From Candidatus Iainarchaeum sp. (lineage in GTDB: Archaea > Iainarchaeota > Iainarchaeia > Iainarchaeales > Iainarchaeaceae), in contig JBDRLP010000064.1 of NCBI GenBank assembly GCA_043812975.1, forward strand, positions 1 to 12,328: a stretch of 12,328 nucleotides of DNA. The letters run 5' to 3'. A program made the position numbers and the translations under genes. Under the pieces are notes generated by a model, which saw only the letters and a list, made by a program, of their open reading frames with translations, was not told where the DNA came from and made no database searches. The number at the start of each line of letters is the position of its first letter. Within the stretch, counting starts at the first letter, position 1. Shown here piece after piece: positions 6,246-12,328 of the stretch.

Positions 6246-9200
6246 ATGGATTACAAAATATTACTAGCAGGACTATTACTGATTACTTTTGGAGTTTATG
6301 CACAAAGTGCTGATGTTTCAGGAACTTGCGGAAACGACTCTCTTCAATGTGATATTTCACTTAACAACATGGAACTTTGTAACAATTCAACAGTTACAGA
6401 AACTTATGACGCTTATTTTAACGGAGAATACTCTCAGTGGTTTAACGTAATCCCAAGCCAAGTTACATTAGCACCTGGTGAATGTACAGACTTGAAAGTT
6501 TATACAGTTGCAAACTGTTATGCAGACCCTGGTTTTTACACAGCAAATTTAATTATTCAGGATGGAGAAACTCTATCAGTTACATGTGAACTTGATTTAA
6601 GACAAGGACACTTTATTGAGATTGAAGTTGAACCTCAAAGTCAGAACGCAACTCAGTGTGAAGAAAAAGTTTACGATTTAATTGTTACAAACAACACAAT
6701 TGTTCCAAACCAACAGATAGAAAGAGTAGACCTAAGCATTAGCGGTATACCAGAATCATGGTATGTTTTGGAAGAAGAAAGAATCCTTGTAGATAAAGGA
6801 GAATCAGAAATAGTACAACTAAGAGTTCAGGCACCTTGTGATACAGATTTCGGAGCTTACGATTTTACTGCAAGAGCAACTTTACCAAACCCTAACTTTT
6901 ATGACGAGGATAACGGAGAATACGTTCTTAATCAGGGTCAATCAATTCAGATTTTGTTAGAAACTGGTTTTGATGACAATTTACATGATGCTTGTTTAGA
7001 AATTCCAACTGAAGGAAAAATAACTATAATTAACAACGGAAAACTTTCAGACAACCTGAATGTTACTCTTGTAGGATCAAACTTTGCAAGAATTGACAAA
7101 ACTCAGTTATCTTTAGGACCTGGTGAAGAAGAAACACTAACTGTTGACTTCAGAGAAACAACAGAAGAACCAGGCGAATATGATTTTACAGTAAGAGTTG
7201 AAAGCACAGTATTTGATTATTCAACAAGCAAAACTTTTTCCTCAAATCTACAGGATTGTTTCAATGTAGAAGTAATAAAGTTAAAGGGAGAAAGTGACGT
7301 TTGTGTGGAAGATAATCCACTATACAGATTCAAAGTTACAAACAACAAAGTAAGAACTGTTGACCTTGATATAAGCATTGAAGGAATTGAAGCAGACCTT
7401 GACAAAACAAGAATTGTTGTCGGACCAGGCGAATCAGAAGAATTTGAAGCTTTACTTGATGTTAGCGATCTTGCAAGAGAAGCAAGAGTAAGCAAAACAG
7501 ATCTTGCAGTTGAAATAATCATTGATACCTCAGGTTCAATGGTTGAAAGAATCAACGGACATAACAAAATGGAAGTTGCTAAAACATCAATAATTAACTT
7601 AGTAAACAACATCAGCGAAGTTGACCTTGGATTAAGAGTATTAGGACAGGGAGAACTTTGTGAAGACTCAGAATTACTTGTTGCAGTAGATAAACTTGAT
7701 ATAGCAAGAATTACTGATGAAATTTCAGAATTAACTCCAAAAGGAAAAACTCCTTTGACACAGGCTCTAAAAGCTAGTATAGGGGATTTCCCAAGCGATA
7801 AAGAAAAAGCAATAATCCTTGTAAGTGACGGAAAAGAAACCTGTGAAGGAAACATAAGCGAAACCGCAAGAGAATTAGCTTCACAAGGCGTAATGGTTTA
7901 CTCGGTAGGATTTGACATTGATGCAGAAGGACAAGAACAATTAAAGGAAATTTCAAACAGAACTAATGGAAAATATTTCGATGCAAGAAACCCTGAAGAA
8001 CTTGTTGATGTTTTGCAGAAAATCTCACAAGAACTTGACATTGTTCCAAGTAATGAAGGAAAAAGAACCTTTACTTTGAATCTTGATTCAGATAACTTTA
8101 GTTTCGAGAAAGATTATAGTTTAACAATCAGCGATTGTTTCAACGCAACAATGGTAGCTCCAGAACTTAATTTATGTAAAGGAGTAACCAAAAGCGATGT
8201 TATAACATTAGTGAACCTTGGTTCAGAAACACAAGAATTTGATATTGACATTGGACCTAACTGGATTAGAACACCAGGAACAGTTACAATTGAACCAAAC
8301 AGCGAAGAAGTAATTCCACTAACAGCATTAGTTCCAGAAAATCCAAGCGAAGATTCATACACAATAAACGCAGTATCAGGAACCATTAAGTTAGAACAGG
8401 AAAAGAATATCAATTACCTTTCAAGCGCAAGCTGTTTTGGAATAGACTTAATATTGTTAGAACCTCAATTGGACGCAGCAACATGTGAAGGAAAGAAACA
8501 AATACTTATCATAGAAAACAGAGGAGTTGTTGAACAAGAAATAACAATAACTGCTGACAAACCTTATGTTGAAATTGTTGATGAGGTTATTAGCGTTAAA
8601 CCAGGAGAAAGAAAAGAAGTTAACTTCTTTGTAAGCCCTCCGTTTGATTTGCCTGAAACAACATTCATAAACATAATTGCAGAAACAGAAAGAGGTTTCA
8701 AAACAACTGCTCAGATCAAATTAGTGGTTTTCGGAAACCAGGATTCATTTGGTTTGGGAGAAGTTGATGTAAGAGTCAGAGACCTTAACATTACTAAAGT
8801 TGAAGGACTTGAACACAACCTTGAGGTTATGTTTGACATATATAATGATTCAAACAGAACACTGGAAGTATTCAACGTAACTTCACTTGACTATAATGCA
8901 ATTGTACAGCTAGATAAAAGATTTATACAGGCAAAAAGAACAGTCATGGCAAGAATGCTGGTCGATCTTCCTGATGAATTCACATCAAGAACAATAACTG
9001 TTCCAATAAAACTTGAAACAGATGAGGGAACTTACACAAGAAACATTGTGTTTAGTTACACCGCATCTGAAGATGGTGAACCAGTTGAGGGAGAAGTTGA
9101 TGAACCAATCAGCATCGGAACCGGATTATTTAATTTAGCAACATTGTCAACAGCATTACTTGGAGCACTCATAGTAATTGTTATTGGCTTAGTTATTTAC

Positions 9201-9413
9201 TCAGCTTACAGAGCAGTTAAGAATGATGATGAAGTTGAAGAAAAGCCAGAAGAAGACGAAGGCACTAAAGCTGTAAAGGCAAAACTGGCTGAAGTTAAAG
9301 CTAAGAAAGGCTCAAAGAAAGCAAAAAAGCCGGCGACCAAAGGGAGTCCCGCAGCAGGTGCCCGTGAGGGTGCAGGGGCTAAAAAAGCTAAAAAAAAGAA
9401 TAAGAAAAAGTAA
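6246..9413 (+). CDS. Secreted membrane-anchored Cys-rich multi-Ig protein with a von Willebrand factor A (MIDAS) domain and an acidic then Lys-rich cytoplasmic tail
   Basis: Signal peptide MDYKILLAGLLLITFGVYA. MIDAS motif DTSGS (7524-7538), T of TPL (7749) and SDG (7824-7832). GTGLF motif, then TM LLGALIVIVIGLVIYSAY. Confidence 0.9.
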   Translation: MDYKILLAGLLLITFGVYAQSADVSGTCGNDSLQCDISLNNMELCNNSTVTETYDAYFNGEYSQWFNVIPSQVTLAPGECTDLKVYTVANCYADPGFYTANLIIQDGETLSVTCELDLRQGHFIEIEVEPQSQNATQCEEKVYDLIVTNNTIVPNQQIERVDLSISGIPESWYVLEEERILVDKGESEIVQLRVQAPCDTDFGAYDFTARATLPNPNFYDEDNGEYVLNQGQSIQILLETGFDDNLHDACLEIPTEGKITIINNGKLSDNLNVTLVGSNFARIDKTQLSLGPGEEETLTVDFRETTEEPGEYDFTVRVESTVFDYSTSKTFSSNLQDCFNVEVIKLKGESDVCVEDNPLYRFKVTNNKVRTVDLDISIEGIEADLDKTRIVVGPGESEEFEALLDVSDLAREARVSKTDLAVEIIIDTSGSMVERINGHNKMEVAKTSIINLVNNISEVDLGLRVLGQGELCEDSELLVAVDKLDIARITDEISELTPKGKTPLTQALKASIGDFPSDKEKAIILVSDGKETCEGNISETARELASQGVMVYSVGFDIDAEGQEQLKEISNRTNGKYFDARNPEELVDVLQKISQELDIVPSNEGKRTFTLNLDSDNFSFEKDYSLTISDCFNATMVAPELNLCKGVTKSDVITLVNLGSETQEFDIDIGPNWIRTPGTVTIEPNSEEVIPLTALVPENPSEDSYTINAVSGTIKLEQEKNINYLSSASCFGIDLILLEPQLDAATCEGKKQILIIENRGVVEQEITITADKPYVEIVDEVISVKPGERKEVNFFVSPPFDLPETTFINIIAETERGFKTTAQIKLVVFGNQDSFGLGEVDVRVRDLNITKVEGLEHNLEVMFDIYNDSNRTLEVFNVTSLDYNAIVQLDKRFIQAKRTVMARMLVDLPDEFTSRTITVPIKLETDEGTYTRNIVFSYTASEDGEPVEGEVDEPISIGTGLFNLATLSTALLGALIVIVIGLVIYSAYRAVKNDDEVEEKPEEDEGTKAVKAKLAEVKAKKGSKKAKKPATKGSPAAGAREGAGAKKAKKKNKKK
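9330..9377. repeat. GC-rich hairpin-forming 48-bp in-frame insert (PATKGSPAAGAREGAG) in the Lys-rich tail
   Basis: 35 of 48 bases are G+C in AT-rich DNA. Hairpins ggc-GA-cc-AAA-gg-GA-gtc (9332-9348) and gtgccc-GTGA-gggtgc (9358-9373). Flanked by aaaaaagc at 9323-9330 and 9381-9388. Confidence 0.6.
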
Positions 9414-9467
9414 GTACTATCGAGCCTAAGTGAAGATAGTACGCGTACCCAACAGCCGCAACTGTTG
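9414..9467. repeat. Double-hairpin micro-element, copy 2, filling the convergent intergenic gap
   Basis: gtactatc-GAGCCTAAGTGAA-gatagtac, linker GCGTACC, then caacag-CCGCAA-ctgttg. Confidence 0.8.
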
Positions 9468-9469
9468 AA

Positions 9470-10132
9470 TTACTTTTTTCCATTTGAATAAAAATAGTTG
9501 GCCACGAAAGGACTGTTAATTAAAAGCGCTTTTTCCTGGTCTTCTGATTCTTTTTCTTGATTCAAAAACAGCATTACACTGTTTTTATCAAACACTATAA
9601 ACCTTGAACTCAAACTTGATTTTGAAATTATCTTCACTCCTTTCTTGTTTAAAGAGGCTAGTTTTTTATCAAAATAGCCTTTTTTTCTCTTCAAACCCTG
9701 CTCTGAAGAGCATATTAACACGTTTTCTTTAGTGTTTTCTAGCTGTTCAGCTATTTTTGAGTAAATATTACGCCTTCCCTCTACCACCCAGGCAGAATCA
9801 CTGAAATCAGCCTCAATAAATGCTTTTTGCTCGAGAGTTCTGGCTATAACCTTGAATTCTTCCAAATTTTTATCAAGTTCTTTTTTCTTAGCTTCAGAAA
9901 CAGATTCTACTGCAATAAGCGGTTTTACAACACGGAACTCTATTGGCTTAGAAGCACTTCTTGTAACAAAACCTTTTTTTTCAAGGGAAAAAAGCACATC
10001 ATAAACCCTAGCTCTTGGAATATTTGATGCTTTACTTACCGAAACAGCACTAGCCTTAGCATTACCCAAAAGAGCATTATAAGCACGAGCTTCATACTCA
10101 TTTAAACCAAGTTTTTTTATGCTTTCAATCAT
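9470..10132 (-). CDS. trmB: TrmB-family transcriptional regulator
   Basis: N-terminal LGLNEYEARAYNALL...SNIPRARVYDVLFSLEKKGFV...P.EF...P is the TrmB winged-HTH signature, followed by a coiled coil and a shortened effector-type domain (WVVEGRRNI, RFIVFD). The symbol indicates the family only. Confidence 0.9.
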   Translation of the reverse strand: MIESIKKLGLNEYEARAYNALLGNAKASAVSVSKASNIPRARVYDVLFSLEKKGFVTRSASKPIEFRVVKPLIAVESVSEAKKKELDKNLEEFKVIARTLEQKAFIEADFSDSAWVVEGRRNIYSKIAEQLENTKENVLICSSEQGLKRKKGYFDKKLASLNKKGVKIISKSSLSSRFIVFDKNSVMLFLNQEKESEDQEKALLINSPFVANYFYSNGKK

Positions 10133-10136
10133 AGCA

Positions 10137-10168
10137 ACTACAAGGAAGTAGTAATATAAAAGATTTTT
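10137..10168 (-). promoter_or_regulatory. trmB promoter (BRE+TATA, leaderless) with an adjacent palindromic operator candidate
   Basis: The minus strand reads aaaaatct-TTTATATT (10160-10153), 28 nt before the ATG. ACTAC-N6-GTAGT at 10137-10152 lies between the TATA box and the start codon. Confidence 0.6.
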
Positions 10169-10175
10169 TATCGCG

Positions 10176-10193
10176 GAAAAACACGTTTAAATA
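10176..10193 (+). promoter_or_regulatory. BRE+TATA promoter of the 70-aa gene (leaderless), divergent from trmB
   Basis: gaaaaacacg then TTTAAATA (10186-10193), 30 nt before the ATG at 10216. Confidence 0.6.
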
Positions 10194-10215
10194 CAATATT
10201 CTACTATTCTTTATT

Positions 10216-10428
10216 ATGAGAGTCAGAAGAGATATCAGAGAAAGGGAAAGCAGATTAATTGCAGCAAGAGCTGCTGCCGCAAAAAGAAAGGAAAGGCGTA
10301 CTGCTGAAGAGCTCGCAAAGGCAGCCGAAATATATGAAAATTACCTGTCCGACAAGGGCGGAAAACAAAGAGCAAAGGTTGTTGAGAAAGCAATAGCCCT
10401 TTTGAAAAAACATGACCTACTGAAATAA
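10216..10428 (+). CDS. Small basic helical hypothetical protein (70 aa)
   Basis: ATG start at the leaderless distance from a TATA box. Purine-rich codon style like its neighbours. No family recognised. Confidence 0.7.
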   Translation: MRVRRDIRERESRLIAARAAAAKRKERRTAEELAKAAEIYENYLSDKGGKQRAKVVEKAIALLKKHDLLK

Positions 10429-10444
10429 AAACCAAAAATGTAGA

Positions 10445-10452
10445 TTTAAATA
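10445..10452 (+). promoter_or_regulatory. TATA box of the 94-aa gene (leaderless)
   Basis: TTTAAATA 29 nt before the ATG at 10474, with an A-rich element upstream. Confidence 0.55.
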
Positions 10453-10473
10453 AAACCTTGACCTTATTTTTTC

Positions 10474-10758
10474 ATGAAAATAAAAAAACGCAAATCCTTT
10501 CCAAGAAGGGCTGGGGAAAGGCAAGAATCAAGAACAAGAATAATTGCAGAAGCGTATAAAATACCGAAAGTTCCCCTTTGGGATTGGTCCCGCGGGGAAA
10601 TTATAGAAGCAGAGAAAGCAAAGGAAAGATTTGAGGGAGAACTCGAAAAAGCGAGAAAAATAATGAAGTACCCTCAGAATCACACCGATGCGGAAATTGA
10701 AGAAGCACGGAGAACACTAAAAATGTTAGAAACAGTAAGAAAAAAATTAAAACGATAA
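10474..10758 (+). CDS. Small basic helical hypothetical protein (94 aa)
   Basis: Has its own TATA box. K/R-rich N-terminus MKIKKRKSFPRR and a charged helical C-terminal half. No family recognised. Confidence 0.7.
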   Translation: MKIKKRKSFPRRAGERQESRTRIIAEAYKIPKVPLWDWSRGEIIEAEKAKERFEGELEKARKIMKYPQNHTDAEIEEARRTLKMLETVRKKLKR

Positions 10759-10774
10759 ACCGTAATAAATAGCA

Positions 10775-10782
10775 CTTAAAAA
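10775..10782 (+). promoter_or_regulatory. TATA box candidate for the aminotransferase (leaderless)
   Basis: CTTAAAAA 30 nt before the ATG at 10805, the same spacing as the neighbouring genes. Confidence 0.45.
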
Positions 10783-10804
10783 CCTTCGCTAATTTTATTT
10801 TTAC

Positions 10805-12004
10805 ATGAAAAAAATTATTCCAGCATCCAGAACAAAAAATGTGAGGCACGCCCTGAGGGATATTGTTCCTCTTGCCGAAGAAGTTGAAAAAACAGGGAAA
10901 AAAGTTCTTTACCTCAACATCGGCGACCCAATGAAATTTGATTACAGCACACCCAAACACATGTGGGAAGCAATAGAAAAAAACAAAGACGAGGCAGAAG
11001 GCTACACCAATGCAATTGGTAATGTGTCCACAAGGCAAGCCATTGCAAATTATGCAAAAAAAATGGGTGCAGGAAACATCACAAAGGAAGATGTAATAAC
11101 ATTTGTCGGCGGAAGCGAAGCAATAATTCTTTCAATGCAGGCACTATTGAACCCTGGAGAAAACCTTGTGCTTCCAAGGCCTGGTTATTCGATTTACAAA
11201 GGAGAACTGAACTTCCTTGAATGCGAGGCAAATGAATATGATTTGAACGAGGAAGATTCATGGCAAACTGATGCTGAATCAATAAGACATCAAATAAATG
11301 AAAAAACGCAAGCAATTGTGGTCATTAATCCAAACAATCCAACGGGTTCACTCACAAACAAAAAACACTTACAAAAAATAATTGATATTGCAGGAGAACA
11401 CGAGTTAATGATTATTTCCGATGAAACATACGATCAGATTATTTTTGATGATGAGGAATTCACATCAATGGCATCAATAGCAAAAGATGTTCCGATCTTA
11501 GGACTTGGAAGCATATCAAAAACATATTTAGCCCCGGGATTCAGAGGAGGATGGTTATACAAACATGATCCGAACGGAGCAATGGATGATTATTTTGAGG
11601 CAATAAAAAAATTATGCAGATTGAGACTCAGCAATGTCGGCCCTACAGAAATAGCAATCCGAGCCGCGCTAGAAGGCCCACAAGATGGAATAAAAGAAAT
11701 GGTTTCCAAACTGCAAAACCGAAGAGATCTCACTTACAAAAGATTAAATGAAATTGAAGGCTTAAGCTGTGTGAAGCCAAAAGGGGCATTTTACGCATTT
11801 CCAAAAATCGATTTACCAGTGAAATCTGATAAAGATTTTGTGCTCTCGCTTCTAAAAGAAAAAGGAGTCCTTGTGGTTTATGGTTCTGGTTTTGGTCAAA
11901 AAGAAGGCACCAATCATTTCAGAGTCGTGTTTTTACCTCCAGAAGAAATATTAAACACTGCTTTTGATAAAATTGAAGAATTTATCAAGGAAAATTATTC
12001 GTAA
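10805..12004 (+). CDS. alaA: PLP-dependent class I/II aminotransferase, most like archaeal alanine aminotransferase
   Basis: Motifs YLNIGDP, INPNNPTG, SDETY, SISK (PLP lysine) TYLAPGFRGG, PKGAFY and HFRVVFLPP. The N-terminal ALRDIV...LNIGDPMKFD resembles Thermococcales AlaAT as I recall it. Substrate specificity is inferred. Confidence 0.88.
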   Translation: MKKIIPASRTKNVRHALRDIVPLAEEVEKTGKKVLYLNIGDPMKFDYSTPKHMWEAIEKNKDEAEGYTNAIGNVSTRQAIANYAKKMGAGNITKEDVITFVGGSEAIILSMQALLNPGENLVLPRPGYSIYKGELNFLECEANEYDLNEEDSWQTDAESIRHQINEKTQAIVVINPNNPTGSLTNKKHLQKIIDIAGEHELMIISDETYDQIIFDDEEFTSMASIAKDVPILGLGSISKTYLAPGFRGGWLYKHDPNGAMDDYFEAIKKLCRLRLSNVGPTEIAIRAALEGPQDGIKEMVSKLQNRRDLTYKRLNEIEGLSCVKPKGAFYAFPKIDLPVKSDKDFVLSLLKEKGVLVVYGSGFGQKEGTNHFRVVFLPPEEILNTAFDKIEEFIKENYS

Positions 12005-12025
12005 ATATTTTTAGAAAACAAACTG

Positions 12026-12061
12026 AGAAAAAGTATTTAAACACTAAAGTAGTATAGTGTT
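12026..12061 (+). promoter_or_regulatory. BRE+TATA promoter with an overlapping palindrome, upstream of an ORF-free structured region
   Basis: gagaaaaagta-TTTAAACA (TATA 12036-12043). AACACTA-N8-TAGTGTT at 12040-12061. Confidence 0.55.
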
Positions 12062-12064
12062 ATT

Positions 12065-12178
12065 GCGTATTGGGAGTTAAGGGGGTAAGCTACACTACGC
12101 CTGGTTTGAACTAACTTCAGAAAACTATTTTTTGAAGTTGTAGATCCCTGGCTTGCCCTTCTTACATTTACTACTTTT
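12065..12178 (+). ncRNA. Candidate structured small ncRNA of unknown family
   Basis: Outer stem ggggtaagc/gcttgccct (12082-12090 with 12151-12159) extended by taag/ctta. Inner 12-bp stem 12113-12124 with 12128-12139. The mismatches are G-U on the + strand. It has an upstream TATA, a T-rich 3' end and no ORF. Confidence 0.5.
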
Positions 12179-12195
12179 AACACAACAGGCTTTGT

Positions 12196-12240
12196 AGAAA
12201 TCATTTATAAATAAGAGAAAAGCGTTCATGTTATTGGTGA
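12196..12240 (+). promoter_or_regulatory. Internal promoter and SD for the ORF at 12247
   Basis: agaaatca then TTTATAAA (12204-12211). GGTGA at 12236-12240, 6 nt before the ATG. Confidence 0.6.
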
Positions 12241-12246
12241 TAACAT

Positions 12247-12328
12247 ATGAACGCTTTGATACCAATAGAACATTCTAAGTTTTTTAATCTTTGCTTGCGT
12301 GCTTTTGAGTACGCGAGAATACCGTTTC
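12247..12328 (+). CDS. N-terminal fragment of a probable transposase (MNALIPIEHSKFFNLCLRAFEYARIPF...)
   Basis: The SD-preceded ATG opens a frame that runs to the window end, inside the putative IS terminus. Only 27 codons are visible, so the product call rests mainly on context. Confidence 0.5.
   Translation, partial: MNALIPIEHSKFFNLCLRAFEYARIPF

Larger units (their letters stand above)
12188..12328 (+). mobile_element. Left end of a probable IS5-family (IS903-like) insertion sequence, truncated by the window end
   Basis: GGCTTTGTAGAAATC (12188-12202) resembles the IS903 terminal repeat (GGCTTTGTTGAATAAATC). It is followed by a TATA box, an SD and an ORF start. The right end is not visible. 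Confidence 0.6.

Noticed and set aside
105..8413. Minus-strand and alternate-frame ORFs (for example 2121-2672, 7217-7855, 1389-1703, 1526-1735)
   Set aside because: These are Ser/Leu/Phe-rich shadows of the purine-rich sense genes. They are fully nested and lack promoters or recognisable motifs.
1..9413. Diversity-generating retroelement or phase-variation target in the surface genes
   Set aside because: I saw no TR/VR pair differing only at adenines, and there is no reverse transcriptase or recombinase in the window. The repeats are ordinary domain duplications.
10570..10600. GC-rich short palindromes (ttcccctttggga, tcccgcgggga) in the 94-aa gene
   Set aside because: They are short, lack the GA-tandem loop motif and are compatible with ordinary codons.
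9827..11315. ORFs 9827-10027(+), 10235-10435(-), 10601-11038(-) and 11079-11315(-)
   Set aside because: They overlap better-supported genes on the opposite strand and have implausible composition.
12081..12130. Resemblance to a preQ1-I riboswitch (AGCTACAC, CTGG...TCAG, AAAACTA)
   Set aside because: The elements are not in the correct spacing, the A-rich tail is too short, a stronger competing 12-bp stem exists and no queuosine-related gene follows.
12065..12178. tRNA, SRP RNA, RNase P RNA or a known small ribozyme
   Set aside because: There is no cloverleaf or TTCG T-loop, no SRP helix-8 motif and no GAGGAAAGTCC core, although AGATCCCTGGCTT loosely recalls the RNase P 3' region. Hammerhead, HDV, twister and pistol cores are absent.

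Overview
AT-rich archaeal DNA. Archaeal origin is supported by BRE/TATA promoters, leaderless genes, GGTGA/GAGGTG Shine-Dalgarno sites and a TrmB regulator; a DPANN-type lineage is my impression and is not proven. Positions 1-9413 hold four co-oriented genes for acidic, Cys-paired, C-terminally membrane-anchored surface proteins built from cadherin-like and Ig-like repeats. The first gene is 5'-truncated, and the fourth has a vWA/MIDAS domain inserted inside an Ig-like repeat. These are followed by a convergent TrmB-family regulator, two small basic orphan genes, an archaeal-type alanine aminotransferase, a promoter-driven structured ORF-free segment (candidate ncRNA, about 12065-12178) and the left end of a probable IS5-family (IS903-like) element. 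The most unusual signal is a family of short structured micro-elements. Two ~53-nt double-hairpin copies (4006-4057 and 9414-9467) show four compensatory base-pair changes. The first copy sits between a 15-bp duplication of an SD+ATGA gene junction and is spanned by a 30-aa coupling mini-ORF. Related GA-tandem hairpins occur in frame inside a gene (9330-9377) and in a 5' leader (3138-3160).
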